64,000 bases of DNA, from the IMG/VR virus record IMGVR_UViG_3300023174_006980, positions 1 through 64,000 of that record; one strand, given 5' to 3'. Positions 10,670 to 22,500 of this stretch are shown piece after piece (position 1 is the first letter of the stretch; every line of letters begins with the position of its first letter). Under the pieces are notes generated by a model. That model had not been told where the DNA came from, ran no database searches, and was given only the letters and a program-made list of their open reading frames with translations. This DNA comes from a virus. The translations under genes and the position numbers were made by a program.

Positions 10670-12167
10670 TCAAAACTTTTTTTATTCAGCTAAAATAGGA
10701 TTCGAATTTGAATTCATGTCATCTTTTACTAGGGATGAGATAGCAGAAAAAATAGGGGAAAACTTAGGAAAGAAGGTAAAAGTCTTTAAAAAATACCATT
10801 CTAAGTTTTCCCCTACTCGTGATGTTTTTAAACTAGAGCCAGATTTTTCAGGTGGATGGAAGATGGTTGAGCTTATTACAGGTCCTATGGATTACTTTGA
10901 AGCTATACCTGTTTTAATAAGAACATTAAAATGGATTGATGAAAATGGTTATACAAACGATAAATGTGCTTTTCAATTTAGTATAAGCTTTGATAGAGAC
11001 AAATATCCCCAGTTAATAGACCTTAGAAACATAAATCCCTTAAAATTTGTGTTGGGATTTGATGAAGAATACATTTGGAGAAAATTCCCAGAAAGAAGGG
11101 GATCTTTATATGCTAAATCAATAAAAAGAATAACTCCATCAAATAAATTTATAGGAACTCCATTTAAACAAATACTAGGTGATAAAAACTCATACTCGGT
11201 ATTCACCGAAAAAAATATGGGTGTAAATCTAACTAAATTGGATGAAGGATACATGGAGATTAGATATTTAGGTGGAACTGACTATCAGAAAAAATACACC
11301 GATATAAAGGAAATTATAGATTATGTTATAGATTATACATTCAAGTGTCTTTTAGATAATGACACATTATCACAGAAAGAGACAAGTAATCTAACAGAAT
11401 TAATCTCTGCAGTATACAAGGAAACTGAAACATTTATAGATCCTGAAACATTTATGAAAAATTATCCGGATTTCCATGTAACAGTGGATTTAATGGAAGA
11501 TCTTCAGATTATAAAAACATATTTTCATGATGTTAAAGACATATTATATAGTTTAATAGTTGATAATCATATAAAATTTGGATTTTTAAATTACGATACA
11601 CAAATATCTAAATATCAGCTAAAAGACGCAGAAACTAAAAAAGCAAGCCTTATAAAGAATTTGGATCTAGTGGAATGTAAAATAGAGGGGAATATATCAG
11701 GATGTAGGCTATTTGGATGCGAACTTAAGAATTGCCAGGTAGAGGATTCACCTTTTATTATGAATAACGAAGCCACTGATTGCAAAATAATTGATTGTGA
11801 CCTTCAATTTTCAAATAAACTAGTTAATTGCTACATAGATTCTATGGAAAGAGAAATTAGTTGTGAGGTTGAAAGCGGAATTATTAGATCTGGATATATC
11901 ACAGCAACTGCACATATATCATCGGATAGCGAGATAATTGGTGACGGCGGTGACGGAAAAGGTAAACATAAAGGAAAAGGAAAGGGAAAAGGATCTAAAA
12001 TGCTAAGACCGCAGGTATTTCCTAATAGAAACGATTCTAGCTATATGGAGCCATTAAATAGATTTAATAATCTAAATGACAAAAGGCCTTCCTATTCTAT
12101 AAATAAGATTTTGAATATTAGAAATAACAATGACTACAACGGAGGAACAACTAATACAGGAGGTTAA
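10656..12167 (+). CDS. Putative amidoligase (COOH-NH2 ligase / GCS fold) with C-terminal Cys-rich short-period repeats
   Basis: KIGFEFEF, LEPDFS..G..MVELITGPM, TNDKCAFQF (usually CGxHxH) and YMEIRYLGG. TTG start overlaps the S1 stop. Confidence 0.7.
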   Translation: MKILDQNFFYSAKIGFEFEFMSSFTRDEIAEKIGENLGKKVKVFKKYHSKFSPTRDVFKLEPDFSGGWKMVELITGPMDYFEAIPVLIRTLKWIDENGYTNDKCAFQFSISFDRDKYPQLIDLRNINPLKFVLGFDEEYIWRKFPERRGSLYAKSIKRITPSNKFIGTPFKQILGDKNSYSVFTEKNMGVNLTKLDEGYMEIRYLGGTDYQKKYTDIKEIIDYVIDYTFKCLLDNDTLSQKETSNLTELISAVYKETETFIDPETFMKNYPDFHVTVDLMEDLQIIKTYFHDVKDILYSLIVDNHIKFGFLNYDTQISKYQLKDAETKKASLIKNLDLVECKIEGNISGCRLFGCELKNCQVEDSPFIMNNEATDCKIIDCDLQFSNKLVNCYIDSMEREISCEVESGIIRSGYITATAHISSDSEIIGDGGDGKGKHKGKGKGKGSKMLRPQVFPNRNDSSYMEPLNRFNNLNDKRPSYSINKILNIRNNNDYNGGTTNTGG

Positions 12168-12945
12168 AGATGATTTATCACATTCCTGTGCTTTACCATA
12201 TGCACTAAATGATGGTGAGATTAAAAGAATTATAAAAAGGGCGAAAGCATTTTTCTATGATAATTATCAATATGCAGTTGAAGATAAAATATTTGTATTA
12301 AATAGAAGCCTTTTTTCACATCCATCATTTAAGGTAACAAGACAAATACAGCTTCCAGAATGTGTGGTTAGTGTTTATGATGTTAGGGAAGTTGGGGGAG
12401 CAGGCATAATAGGAACACCTGATAAAGATTTTGGCGATAGTAAATTACTAGGTTCTGAATTAATGCTAAGTCCTTTTGCTGGAGATAACCTTGTTTATAG
12501 AACGGTTTTGTATTCATTTTTTGATCTTGCTAAAGCATATCTTTTAGAAACATTTGCTTTTAGTTATAACAAAAACACAAAGAAACTTAGTATTCTTGGT
12601 AGAGATCCTAGTAGAGTTACATCGACTGGAACATCAATAGACGGCAAAGATGTTGGGGTTAGAGCATATGTAGCAATTCCTGAAGAGAATTTATATTCAG
12701 ATGAATTATTTGTTAGATATGTTCTTGCAGAATCAAAAATAAACATAGGAAGACTTCTTGGAACCTTTGGATATCAGCTTCCTGGGGGTGTAACTATAAA
12801 TGCAACTGCAATTCAAACTATAGGACAAGCTGAGAAGACAGAGGTGATGGATATGATTAAATCTGAAAATACTCCTTCTTGGTTCTTGCAATGGAATGTT
12901 TTAATACCCTTTATAATTTCATTTGGATCATTATTCATGTCTTAA
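12130..12945 (+). CDS. Neck/head-tail adaptor protein, T4 gp13-like
   Basis: LNDGEIKRII.RA...FY near the N-terminus and GRLLGTFGYQLPGGVTINATAI...G..E near the C-terminus match gp13-like neck proteins. Confidence 0.7.
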   Translation: MTTTEEQLIQEVKDDLSHSCALPYALNDGEIKRIIKRAKAFFYDNYQYAVEDKIFVLNRSLFSHPSFKVTRQIQLPECVVSVYDVREVGGAGIIGTPDKDFGDSKLLGSELMLSPFAGDNLVYRTVLYSFFDLAKAYLLETFAFSYNKNTKKLSILGRDPSRVTSTGTSIDGKDVGVRAYVAIPEENLYSDELFVRYVLAESKINIGRLLGTFGYQLPGGVTINATAIQTIGQAEKTEVMDMIKSENTPSWFLQWNVLIPFIISFGSLFMS

Positions 12946-14112
12946 AAATTTTCCTTTATTATTAAATATTATAAACATGAAATTTATTTTATTTTTCAAT
13001 ACTGAATTTTTCTTTAAATGGTTTTTTTGAATATCGCAATTATAGGTATATTCAGATTTTACCTCTATAATTGTATTTATAGACTTAATGTAAAAATCTG
13101 GGTAGTATTTATTTAGTCCATTGTTATAATAAAAATTTCCGCACTCCTCAGCAATTTGTCGTTTATCTATTATAATATCATTTTCGCTGTATTCTTTTAA
13201 TAATATGTCTAATGCTAATCCTTCATATCCTTGTATTTTTATTATTTTTCCTGATGGAAGGGTATAGTTTTTAAATTTTCTAGTATTTTTATATTGGGTT
13301 TCAAAGACTTCTGAATTTTGTATTGGGAATTTAGATCCGTATTTTATAATATTTGTTTTTTCTATCTTTTCTTTTATTTTATCCGATTGATGTAAAATGC
13401 CTCCATGTCTTTCTTCCATAATCGTTTTATGTTTTTCTGCATGATCTTTTAATTGCATATTATACTTCACTCCATATTTTTCCATCATTTTATTTTCCTT
13501 CCATTCTTTATCTTCAAGTAAGCATTTTTTTCCATATTTTTTAAGATTTGTTTTCTCCCTCTTTTTATTTATTTCTTTCCTTTCTTCCGATGTTCTATTT
13601 TGTATTTTTTGTTTAGATTGCTCTTTAAATTTATTGCTTTCTGTGTAATATTTAACCCCGTATTTTTCTAAATTAGAATTCTCTAATCCCTCCCTATATC
13701 CAGGGATTTCCCAAATATTTTTGGTACCGTATTTTTCTTCTAATTTTTTTAGACCTCTTTCTCTGTTATATTCTTTATTACATTTCTCCGATCCACAAGT
13801 ACCACAATAATTAGCATCTCTCTTTTCATATTGATTTATAGAAAATTTATTATTGAATGTAAATTTTTTTAAATCACCACATATACAATTTTCTAAACCA
13901 ATATTAAACCAAACATGATAGAATCTTTGTGATATAGATATATTATTATATTTTGTGTCTAAAAAAAATGTCATTTCATTTAAGCATTTTAACAATCCTG
14001 AATTTTTATTTATTTTCCCTATGATAGATCCAAATGCTTGTCCTTTCATCTCCTTCTTTCTAGTTTCTTCGATTAATATCTCTAATTGATTCATATCTTG
14101 GTGTATTTTCAC
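12931..14112 (-). CDS. Free-standing homing-type endonuclease: (T)NxxKYGV repeats plus C-terminal PD-(D/E)XK domain
   Basis: Repeats EEKYGT, NLEKYGV, TNLKKYG, MEKYGV and TNIIKYG; Cys pairs CICG and CGTCGSEKC; YYPDFYIKSINTIIEVKS catalytic motif. Antisense to the flanking operon. The true start may be the ATG at 14094. Confidence 0.8.
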   Translation of the reverse strand: MKIHQDMNQLEILIEETRKKEMKGQAFGSIIGKINKNSGLLKCLNEMTFFLDTKYNNISISQRFYHVWFNIGLENCICGDLKKFTFNNKFSINQYEKRDANYCGTCGSEKCNKEYNRERGLKKLEEKYGTKNIWEIPGYREGLENSNLEKYGVKYYTESNKFKEQSKQKIQNRTSEERKEINKKREKTNLKKYGKKCLLEDKEWKENKMMEKYGVKYNMQLKDHAEKHKTIMEERHGGILHQSDKIKEKIEKTNIIKYGSKFPIQNSEVFETQYKNTRKFKNYTLPSGKIIKIQGYEGLALDILLKEYSENDIIIDKRQIAEECGNFYYNNGLNKYYPDFYIKSINTIIEVKSEYTYNCDIQKNHLKKNSVLKNKINFMFIIFNNKGKFLRHE

Positions 14113-14113
14113 T

Positions 14114-14121
14114 TATATATC
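14114..14121 (-). promoter_or_regulatory. GATATATA box (candidate late promoter) for the endonuclease
   Basis: TATATATC on the + strand directly upstream of the minus-strand ORF. Confidence 0.55.
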
Positions 14122-14151
14122 AGTTAGTTTAATCCTAACTTTAATTAAATC

Positions 14152-14159
14152 GATATATA
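14152..14159 (+). promoter_or_regulatory. GATATATA box (candidate late promoter) for the gp25-gp6 operon
   Basis: Exact motif 6 nt upstream of ATG 14166. Confidence 0.65.
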
Positions 14160-14165
14160 AAGAAG

Positions 14166-14537
14166 ATGATTAGAATTACAGACATATATCCAAGAAATCC
14201 AGACGATCCAAATTATGTTGCGGATAAGCTAGAAACAGATGACGTTGTGGAATCTGCTATAGGAATGATAAAACAGATCATGCTAACTAAGCCTGGGTCT
14301 GTTTTAGGCGATCCTTTTTTTGGTTTAGATCTGGAATCTTTAGTTTTTGATTTCGAAGTTTCGGAAACCGAATTAAGAGAGGCAATAGGACTACAATTAT
14401 ACACGTATTGTCCGTTTGCTAGGGATATACTTAAAGTAGGATTTAATCTAGGATTTTTTAAGGGGGATACCAGAGATGCATGTGTTATAGAGTTTGCAAT
14501 TCAAGGTAATCCAGTTTTAGGAATAAAGGTAATTTAA
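14166..14537 (+). CDS. gp25: Baseplate wedge subunit gp25-like
   Basis: IKQIMLTKPGSVLGDPFFGLDLESLVFD is the GPW/gp25 motif, and the gene precedes gp6. Confidence 0.85.
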   Translation: MIRITDIYPRNPDDPNYVADKLETDDVVESAIGMIKQIMLTKPGSVLGDPFFGLDLESLVFDFEVSETELREAIGLQLYTYCPFARDILKVGFNLGFFKGDTRDACVIEFAIQGNPVLGIKVI

Positions 14538-14539
14538 AA

Positions 14540-16273
14540 ATGGACTTATTTAAAAAAAATCGGGCTAAAATTCAGGATCTTTTACAAGATTCCTTAGAAT
14601 TAATACAAAGAAGGTACAACCAGGCAAATCAGTTATTTACCGTGGCATCTGCATGGGGTCAGATACTTTTTGTCTTGCAAAACCTATCTCAACTTATATT
14701 ATTCTTTATAGAGGATTCTATTACAGAATTAAACATAAAAACTGCAGTAAGGGAAAACTCTATTTATGGATTAGCAGCATTAACAGGCCATAATGCAACA
14801 AGAAGCAGTGCTGCTAGAGGTAGCGTTGAAATAACATGGAACGGAACAGACACATCTGGTGTTGGCGGTGGAGCTATTCTTTTCCCTAAATATGCATCAA
14901 TAAAATTTGTAAATGGGGGTATTAGCTATGTTTGTAATATACAACAAGACTATGTAAGAATAAATCTCAATGGGTCTTCTAAAATAGCTTGTGAGATAAT
15001 AGAAGGTGATATTAAAAAATCAACGTTTACTAGTTCAGGAGATAAACTTCAAAGCTTTAATCTTTCCGACAGAGTAACAGCGGGTATTGATAATTTTGAA
15101 GTTAAGGTTTTTGTTGACACTGAGCAATGGAAAACATTTGATTCATTATATGATATGCCATATAATTACAAAGGTGTTTTAGTTAAAACTGGAATATCCA
15201 ATGGAATAGATGTGATATTTGGTACTGGAAATTTTGGTGCTATACCTAAAAGGGGATCTAAAATAACTGTTCAGTATTTAGAGACAATAGGAGTATCAGG
15301 AAATATTAATTCAACAAATCCAGGAAAAATAGTTTTTGAATTTAATGATGATGGAACTGATGTGTTTGGAAATAGTGTTTCTCTAAGTCAGTTTCTAAAA
15401 ATTAAATGTATAATACCTCCGCAATTAGGAACTGATCGTGAGTCTATAGAATTAACTAGAATACTAGCTCCTAAAACATCTAGGTCTTATGTGCTAGCTA
15501 ATGCTGATAATTACATTACATTTTTTGAAAAATTTGGAATGTTCTCTGTCATAGAGGCATTTAGCACTTTTAATGATCAATATTTGGACGATGATAATAT
15601 TATTTACACTCTTTTAATTCCAGATATCACTAAAAAGCTAAAAACAAATGAGACCTATTTTGATGTGAAGGAGAGTGAATTTTCTTTGACTGAATCACAA
15701 AAAAACAGAATACTACAGGTAATAGATGAAAGCGGACAAAAAATAGTTACAACCGAAATTAAAATATTGGATCCTAAAATATCTAGATACGTAGTAAACA
15801 TACTCGTAACTGTTTTTGAGGGATATGATCTCGATAATTTAAAATCTCAAGTTGTAGAATCTTTAAGTTCTTATTTTATAAGTATAAGAAGAAGAGATAA
15901 AATACCAAGATCTGACCTAATTGCAATAATTGAGTCTATAACAGGAGTAGATTCCGTTACTATATTTTTTGTTTCAGAGAAGAATGAAAAATACGCTATT
16001 AGTATAGCAAACTTAGATGACACAGATCCTAAGAAGAAGATAGTTATAGGTCTTGATGAATTTGGTGATATAGTTTTTGATAAGGATGAAATAGTTATAA
16101 TTACAGGTGGATGGTCAGATAGAGCTGGATTATATTATGACAGAGGAGCAGATATGAATAAGCTTTCCTCTGTTAATATAGATGTTAGAAAAATAGTTCC
16201 TGTAACATATAACACCGAAGTTAATATGAAGAATAAGCAATTTCTAAAAAATAATAATACATCTACTTTATAA
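14540..16273 (+). CDS. gp6: Baseplate wedge subunit gp6 / baseplate J-like
   Basis: ELNIKTAVRENSIYGLAALTGH, VIFGTGNFGAIPKRGSKITVQYLET.G..GN and GTDRESIE...LAP motifs. Confidence 0.85.
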   Translation: MDLFKKNRAKIQDLLQDSLELIQRRYNQANQLFTVASAWGQILFVLQNLSQLILFFIEDSITELNIKTAVRENSIYGLAALTGHNATRSSAARGSVEITWNGTDTSGVGGGAILFPKYASIKFVNGGISYVCNIQQDYVRINLNGSSKIACEIIEGDIKKSTFTSSGDKLQSFNLSDRVTAGIDNFEVKVFVDTEQWKTFDSLYDMPYNYKGVLVKTGISNGIDVIFGTGNFGAIPKRGSKITVQYLETIGVSGNINSTNPGKIVFEFNDDGTDVFGNSVSLSQFLKIKCIIPPQLGTDRESIELTRILAPKTSRSYVLANADNYITFFEKFGMFSVIEAFSTFNDQYLDDDNIIYTLLIPDITKKLKTNETYFDVKESEFSLTESQKNRILQVIDESGQKIVTTEIKILDPKISRYVVNILVTVFEGYDLDNLKSQVVESLSSYFISIRRRDKIPRSDLIAIIESITGVDSVTIFFVSEKNEKYAISIANLDDTDPKKKIVIGLDEFGDIVFDKDEIVIITGGWSDRAGLYYDRGADMNKLSSVNIDVRKIVPVTYNTEVNMKNKQFLKNNNTSTL

Positions 16274-16275
16274 AA

Positions 16276-16530
16276 ATGTTTACAACAGAAAAGAAAAGTT
16301 ACCACGAATACATTAATTCCATGCAGGATGAAAGAACTAATGTGGGTTTTGATTATGAGGGAATGATATTTCAAAAAACATTATCCGATGTAACATTAAA
16401 TGGTGACAGAACAAGAATGGGAATTCTTAAATCTCTAGAAAAAGTAATCTATAGACTTGTAGAATCAACCAAGGACATTAGAAATTTTATGAATTACAGA
16501 GTTCCTAAAAATAATAAGTACGTTAGATAA
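16276..16530 (+). CDS. Small hypothetical baseplate-operon protein
   Basis: 84-aa ORF tightly coupled to both neighbours (TAATG overlap with the next gene). Confidence 0.7.
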   Translation: MFTTEKKSYHEYINSMQDERTNVGFDYEGMIFQKTLSDVTLNGDRTRMGILKSLEKVIYRLVESTKDIRNFMNYRVPKNNKYVR

Positions 16531-19500
16531 TGAATTATAATAATCTTATATTTTTCAATAAGAGCGGACATCAAACCAATCTAATTTGGAATGGTAATTT
16601 TTGGGAAGCAAGACTCATGCTTCCCCGCGTTTCTGTTGATCTTTTTGAAACCGAGCATTTTTTTATAGTTGAAAAATTTAAGGATCTTACAGGAAAAACA
16701 GTTTATGGATATCCCCACATAACTCCTGATGTTAATGCAGATTCTTCTGCAGCTGGGATTTATGGTGAATTTGTACTTGGTTCTAATTTAATAAGAACAG
16801 ACGTACCTCCTCTTCAGGATTATGTCGGGTCTAAATTATTCTGTGCTCAATTTCCCAATGGATCTGAGATATTATCGGTTGACCCTGTTAATAATACTAT
16901 TACAATACAGGATAATGCTATTTTATCAGAGATCAATGTTACTCTTCTTTTTAATATATGGAAGGTATCTTTTGAAACAACAAGAAATGTGATAGATTTT
17001 GATCTATTCACCGGTTTAAAAGCTAGTATAGTTTCAGGTAGAGATTACATTACAGTTAATGTCGATACAGACCAAATTAAATATAGCGAATATAAGCTTG
17101 TTATTCTTGGTGATGGAATACCTAAGGATGCTAGAATAACTAGTGCGTCTGGAAAGAATATCTACCTAAATAAAATATGTAATGTAACATTAACAAATTC
17201 TGATGTTTTTATTTATCCAATAGAGGAAAGAAACGATGTTTCTGAATATATTTATCAATACAATATAACAGAGGATGTAAATTTAGATGCTCCTATTTTA
17301 AATGTTATACAGGATGCTTATTATAAAATAGATTATGACTCAACTGAAACATTTTCAGGTACTCAAAGAATTAGTGATAGCATAACATCATCGAGTGTAT
17401 CTATAAATTTAACCCTAAATTCTCCAGATGAAGGAATATTTGGTAGAACCCTTGTTATAGAAGATCTTTCATTAGGATATCCTAAATTGATTGCAAGAAT
17501 AGAAATCCATGGAGAAACGATAGGGGAAGACGAAAGATATAAAATACTACTTAAAAATTTTGGAAGAAGTTTAAATAATGAGGATGCATATATTATAAGA
17601 GACAGCGATCCAAGCGAGCCATATCCTGATTATGATATTGTAAACACAAAGAGAAAAGAATTATTACTAGAAGGCCATGAGATATTCCCATATATGGGAT
17701 CTTATAAGGGTTTAATAAATGCAATTAGATTTTTTGGATATCAAGATTTAAGAATCAAAGAATACTGGATGAATATTAAGAAATCTGGTAGAACTCCAAA
17801 AAGTGCTCTTTCTGAAAACCAATCTGTGATAGATTCCATAAACTCGCAAATTGGAAGTCAATCAACTCTTATTGCAAATATACACGATGACGAAAATTCA
17901 GGAAAGTATAAACAAGTAGAGGTATACGGTAAAAAGGATGACGGTACATATGGAATAAAATCATCCCTTGAGCAAATATTTCCCTCATCATCCTTTAAGA
18001 AAACATCTCTCTTTGGACTTTATTATGATATAAACAGAACTGTAGAAGATGAGTTTGACGAGTTTGGATATCCTGTAGTGGAGAATGTATTTGCATTTTC
18101 ACCTGAGGAGGTTTTAATCAAGCTTTTTGGATTAAAAGAAAAGCTTAAGAAAGATTATTTACCGCTCAATGCTAGAATTATAGATATAACTGGTGAGGGT
18201 GTATATTTTGAAATTTATAAAACTAGGGGATGGATAGATCAATTAAAAATAGATGAATTAAATCAGGGTATAGATGTAGAAATATCTGCTACACCTAAAT
18301 TTGGATACATTGAGGATTTAAGACCTTTTGGATTAAGACCTAATAATTCCATACCATATACGCCATATGTTGGACCAGATCCTTTTGAATATAATTATAC
18401 AACATATGGAAATGTAACACTTCCTACTGTTGCTAATAATTATCTATCTCCAACGCAATCTGAGAAATTAGCTAATGCTATAGATAGTTTTTATTATGAA
18501 AGAGACCACCTAGGAGTTCCTAAATATAGATTGGGTGATGGTGATAGTAAAATGGGTGGATATTTTAAATTGGGTGATGGACAAAAATACGAAGTACCCT
18601 CTGGATTTCCCACAGTATTAGAGGTAACTTCCTTTAATTTAAGTTGGGATGAATTGGATAATAAATGGGGAAATCTAGACAGAAATATTGCATATTATAC
18701 CACCACAACAGCATCTCTTTCGAATATAACTTCATATACAGGCAACCCTCTAATTTCAAGTTCTGTAAATTACACATTTGATCCTTTAACGGGTTTTGGC
18801 CAATTCTTTAATGTTACCTTACCGACAGGGATAGCTTATTTAACTCCATCAGCAGGAAGATTACAATTAAAGTTTACGTCCAATTCTGATAGCTCTTATT
18901 CTTTTCTTGCTGAGGTGTTTACATATAATAATTCAACAGGAAACGCATATGTAAAACTACTTTGGTCTAAAACTGATGCGGCATTAGATAATTGGAAAGT
19001 AGAACTTGTTAATTTATTTTCTGATAATGTAACACTTAATTATTATGATTACTCATTCCATTCGGATGGATATTATTCATGGGGTAATTTAAGATTTGCA
19101 GGATTTTATGAGATAGAATGGACGGTTACTAAAACGGGTGAAAATCCATATAAATATCAGACAAGAGACAAGCTAAATAAATATTGGAGAATCCCATTGA
19201 TACTTCCATATAGCGGGGTATACTCTGTTAGATGTAGGGTATGGAACGGGTTTAATGATATATGTACCGCATATTTTAATGAGTATATTGAGGTTAAAAC
19301 AAGGGAGATAGAGATAGTTAATGTTGCTAGATTTAGGGAGGCAGAAGTTTATACATGGGATAACACAAAAAGAGCCTGGGAAGATTATGATTCAAGATGG
19401 CTATTTCCCGTGGAAAGAATGATACCAAAATTTCAAATTTCTGAAAATGTTGATGATGCTGCAGAATATGGAAATCAATTTAATGAAGGCCAAGAATGCA

Positions 19501-22500
19501 TGGTTTTAAAAACATTTGGCGAAGTTGTCGCAACTGCAGCAGTTGATTTTGGGCTTAAGCCTACAAAATTAACAGGCTTTACTAGCTTACGTCCAGGAGG
19601 GGGTATTGGTCCTGTTATTGCCACTATAAATCCATCATATTTACCACACACTTTTGCTAATGGAGATTTTGTTACTATTATAGATAACAACGTTGGAACC
19701 TTAATTAATAGAAGTGGATCATATGAAATATCTAATGTAACAACGACTGGATTTACATTACCCTTTACTAGCACAGAAATACTAAATCCGCTATTAATAA
19801 ACATAATAAAAACTGGTACAATTACAGTTAGCTATGATAATAATATATGTGGAACTGTAGATTTTAACGGAAGACTGGATTCAACACTTGGTAATCTGAT
19901 GTTTAGTATAAATAATTCAACAAAAGAGCCTAAATTTGGTATTGATACTATTGAATCTTCTAATATTACAGATCCTTTTGTTACAGAATGGCTTAGAGTT
20001 ACTTTTAAAGCTCCATTAGGATCGGGTAGCTCGTTTAATGGCAAAGTTCTAAGTATATCCATGAGCGGAGGAATATATGCGTATAATGGCCTTATACCAG
20101 TTCAATCATATAATGCTCCAATCATAAATGGTGCTAACTCATATGATGAGTATGTCGATTATGAATTCAATGGAGATCTTCCAACAGAAAACACAAGATT
20201 TTATGGGACTAAAGCATTAAACTGGGATGCGTTTGATCTTTTAGATTGGGATAATGTTTATGCACAGACATGGGGAATGTATGATTATCATAACGATTGG
20301 CTAGGAGGATTTTCAATCTATAACATAAAAAATAGGGATAAATTAAGAGTAGGAAAAGATACCACAGGAATAACAATGGATGAATCTATTCTTCCAAATT
20401 TAAGCTTAGATTATTTAGATCTAAATGAAGCATGTATCCAACTTAATAATTCTAAGGATCCTGGAATATCTAAATTCACATACAGTGTAAATGGATTCTC
20501 TAAACTCCCCGATAACTATGGAATAGGCTCAAGTCCTATAGGAGCTCCTTTAACAGCTCTAGCAATACCATACAATGAAAGTACTGATGCCTATGATGTT
20601 CAAACTGGAACTTCCCCTAGCATGGATGCTCCAACCTCTATAACACAAAATCCTAGTGGAGATATAATAATGGGCGGTGATTATTTCGTAAAATTATTTA
20701 ACTCCTCTACCAACATAGATGCATATCCAATAGGCGGAGAATATGTGGGATGTATTCCTAGAAAAGTCTACAATGATGAGTATGATAACTGGTGGTGCTA
20801 TGGTGAAAGATGTCAAATCCCTTTAGTTATCTATAATAGAAATAATGCAGAATCTTCTCTGGTTTTTAGCACATCACCTATATCTGGATTGCAGAATGCA
20901 GAGAATAATATAATTGTTCCCGTTCCTGACAGCCAGTTTCAGATTATATGTCTAGCAGTTGATGGAATGACCGATAATTTTGCTATGTATGTTAGATACA
21001 AGCAATATTATACTAGCCCAATTTCTAGTAGTGAAGATGTTTATAAATTATTATTTTACAATGCTTCTACTAAAGAATTTTTAGATATCTCTACAACAGG
21101 CCCAGCATGGAATATTACTGACGTTTATGATATTGGAAATATAGTTACATATAACGGAGATTGCTATTTAAAAATAAACACACAGGGCAATAGCTCAACC
21201 TTCCCCGCATCAGGAAGCAACGCTAACTGGGAAAAAATAGAATTTAATACCCCTGGATTAATAGATCTTTCTGTTTTTTCTATAAGACAGATGAAATATG
21301 AATATGTGGGTAAAAAATCAAATCTTTGGATAGCAACTGATGACGGTGTTAAAATCTATAATGGGTTTAAAATATCTTCTTTAAGAATCCAAAATTCGGG
21401 CATAAGCAGCAATGATGTTTATTCTATCTGCATTGATGAGGTTAATTCTAAATGGATAGGAACATCAGACGGCATAAATTATTATGATAATGAAAGATGG
21501 GGATGCTGGAATCATACAAGCGATCCTATACTTCCTCTAGGTAAAACTAGAAACATAACTAATATAGGAAACGGAAGAATATTTTTCATAGTACAGCTAG
21601 GTGAAGATAATTATAATCTAGTTTATTTTAACGGGAATTCATTTAAGGTTTATACAAATGATCCTGGAACTGTCAATAATTTTAGTCCAATTAATTATAT
21701 GGATTATGATTATGAGGATTTATATGTTTTTATTAATAAAGTAAAATCAATTAATGGGAATTTTACAAAATATCCCGATGATCTTTTTTATCTTTCGGAG
21801 CCTTATAGGACAGGAGACATATACGCATCGCCCTCTTTATGGGACTTTACAAAATTTGCTACCTATGTAGATCCGGTAGATACCTATTTAAAGAAATCAA
21901 ATTATCTAATTCCTTTCATACATGCAAAATCAAAATATCCAGGAATTGAAGGCTGGGATTTTGTTCATTATACCCCATACAGTCCAAATATAGATCCAAC
22001 AATTATAAATAATATAGGTATAGGTGATTCTGTTATAAATTTCTCTTTTATAGTAGGACCTTTAAGTGGTGTAACTATTTCAGGTAAAGACCCACAATTT
22101 CCCCATGTAGATAGAAAATCATGGAAAATTCCTTCATGGTTAAGGTATGATTTTGATAAGGTCTTAGACGCATTTCCAGGAACCGACCCTGATGATTTAT
22201 TTTTAGATGCACCTTTAAGAGATATAATAGATGGAAGTGCATCTAAAGAAGAGTATTGGAAAAATTCTAATGTAGCAAGAAGCGCAGATAGAGATTCAGG
22301 TAATTATATAGATGAATATGAGTGGGTGCTTAGAATAGGTGACACCTCAGATGATAAAGGAATAAGTGTATTTAGTGCTGATGATGGATTTGTTTATGTT
22401 ACTGGATTCTTTACCGGAAGCATATTCTTAGGTCCTAGAAATAACACATCATCATCGACCAATACAACACTTTTATCAACTAATTGTAGATCCATATTTG

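Larger units (their letters stand above)
12898..14145 (-). mobile_element. Putative endonuclease insertion cassette at the 3' end of the neck gene
   Basis: Removing 12898-14145 joins TGG-AAT (12892-12897) to TAA (14146-14148), giving a clean ...FLQWN* end followed by the gp25 promoter box. Confidence 0.4.

Noticed and set aside
12898-14145. Group I intron around the endonuclease
   Set aside because: The ORF is antisense and fills almost all the interval, leaving too little sequence for a ribozyme core.
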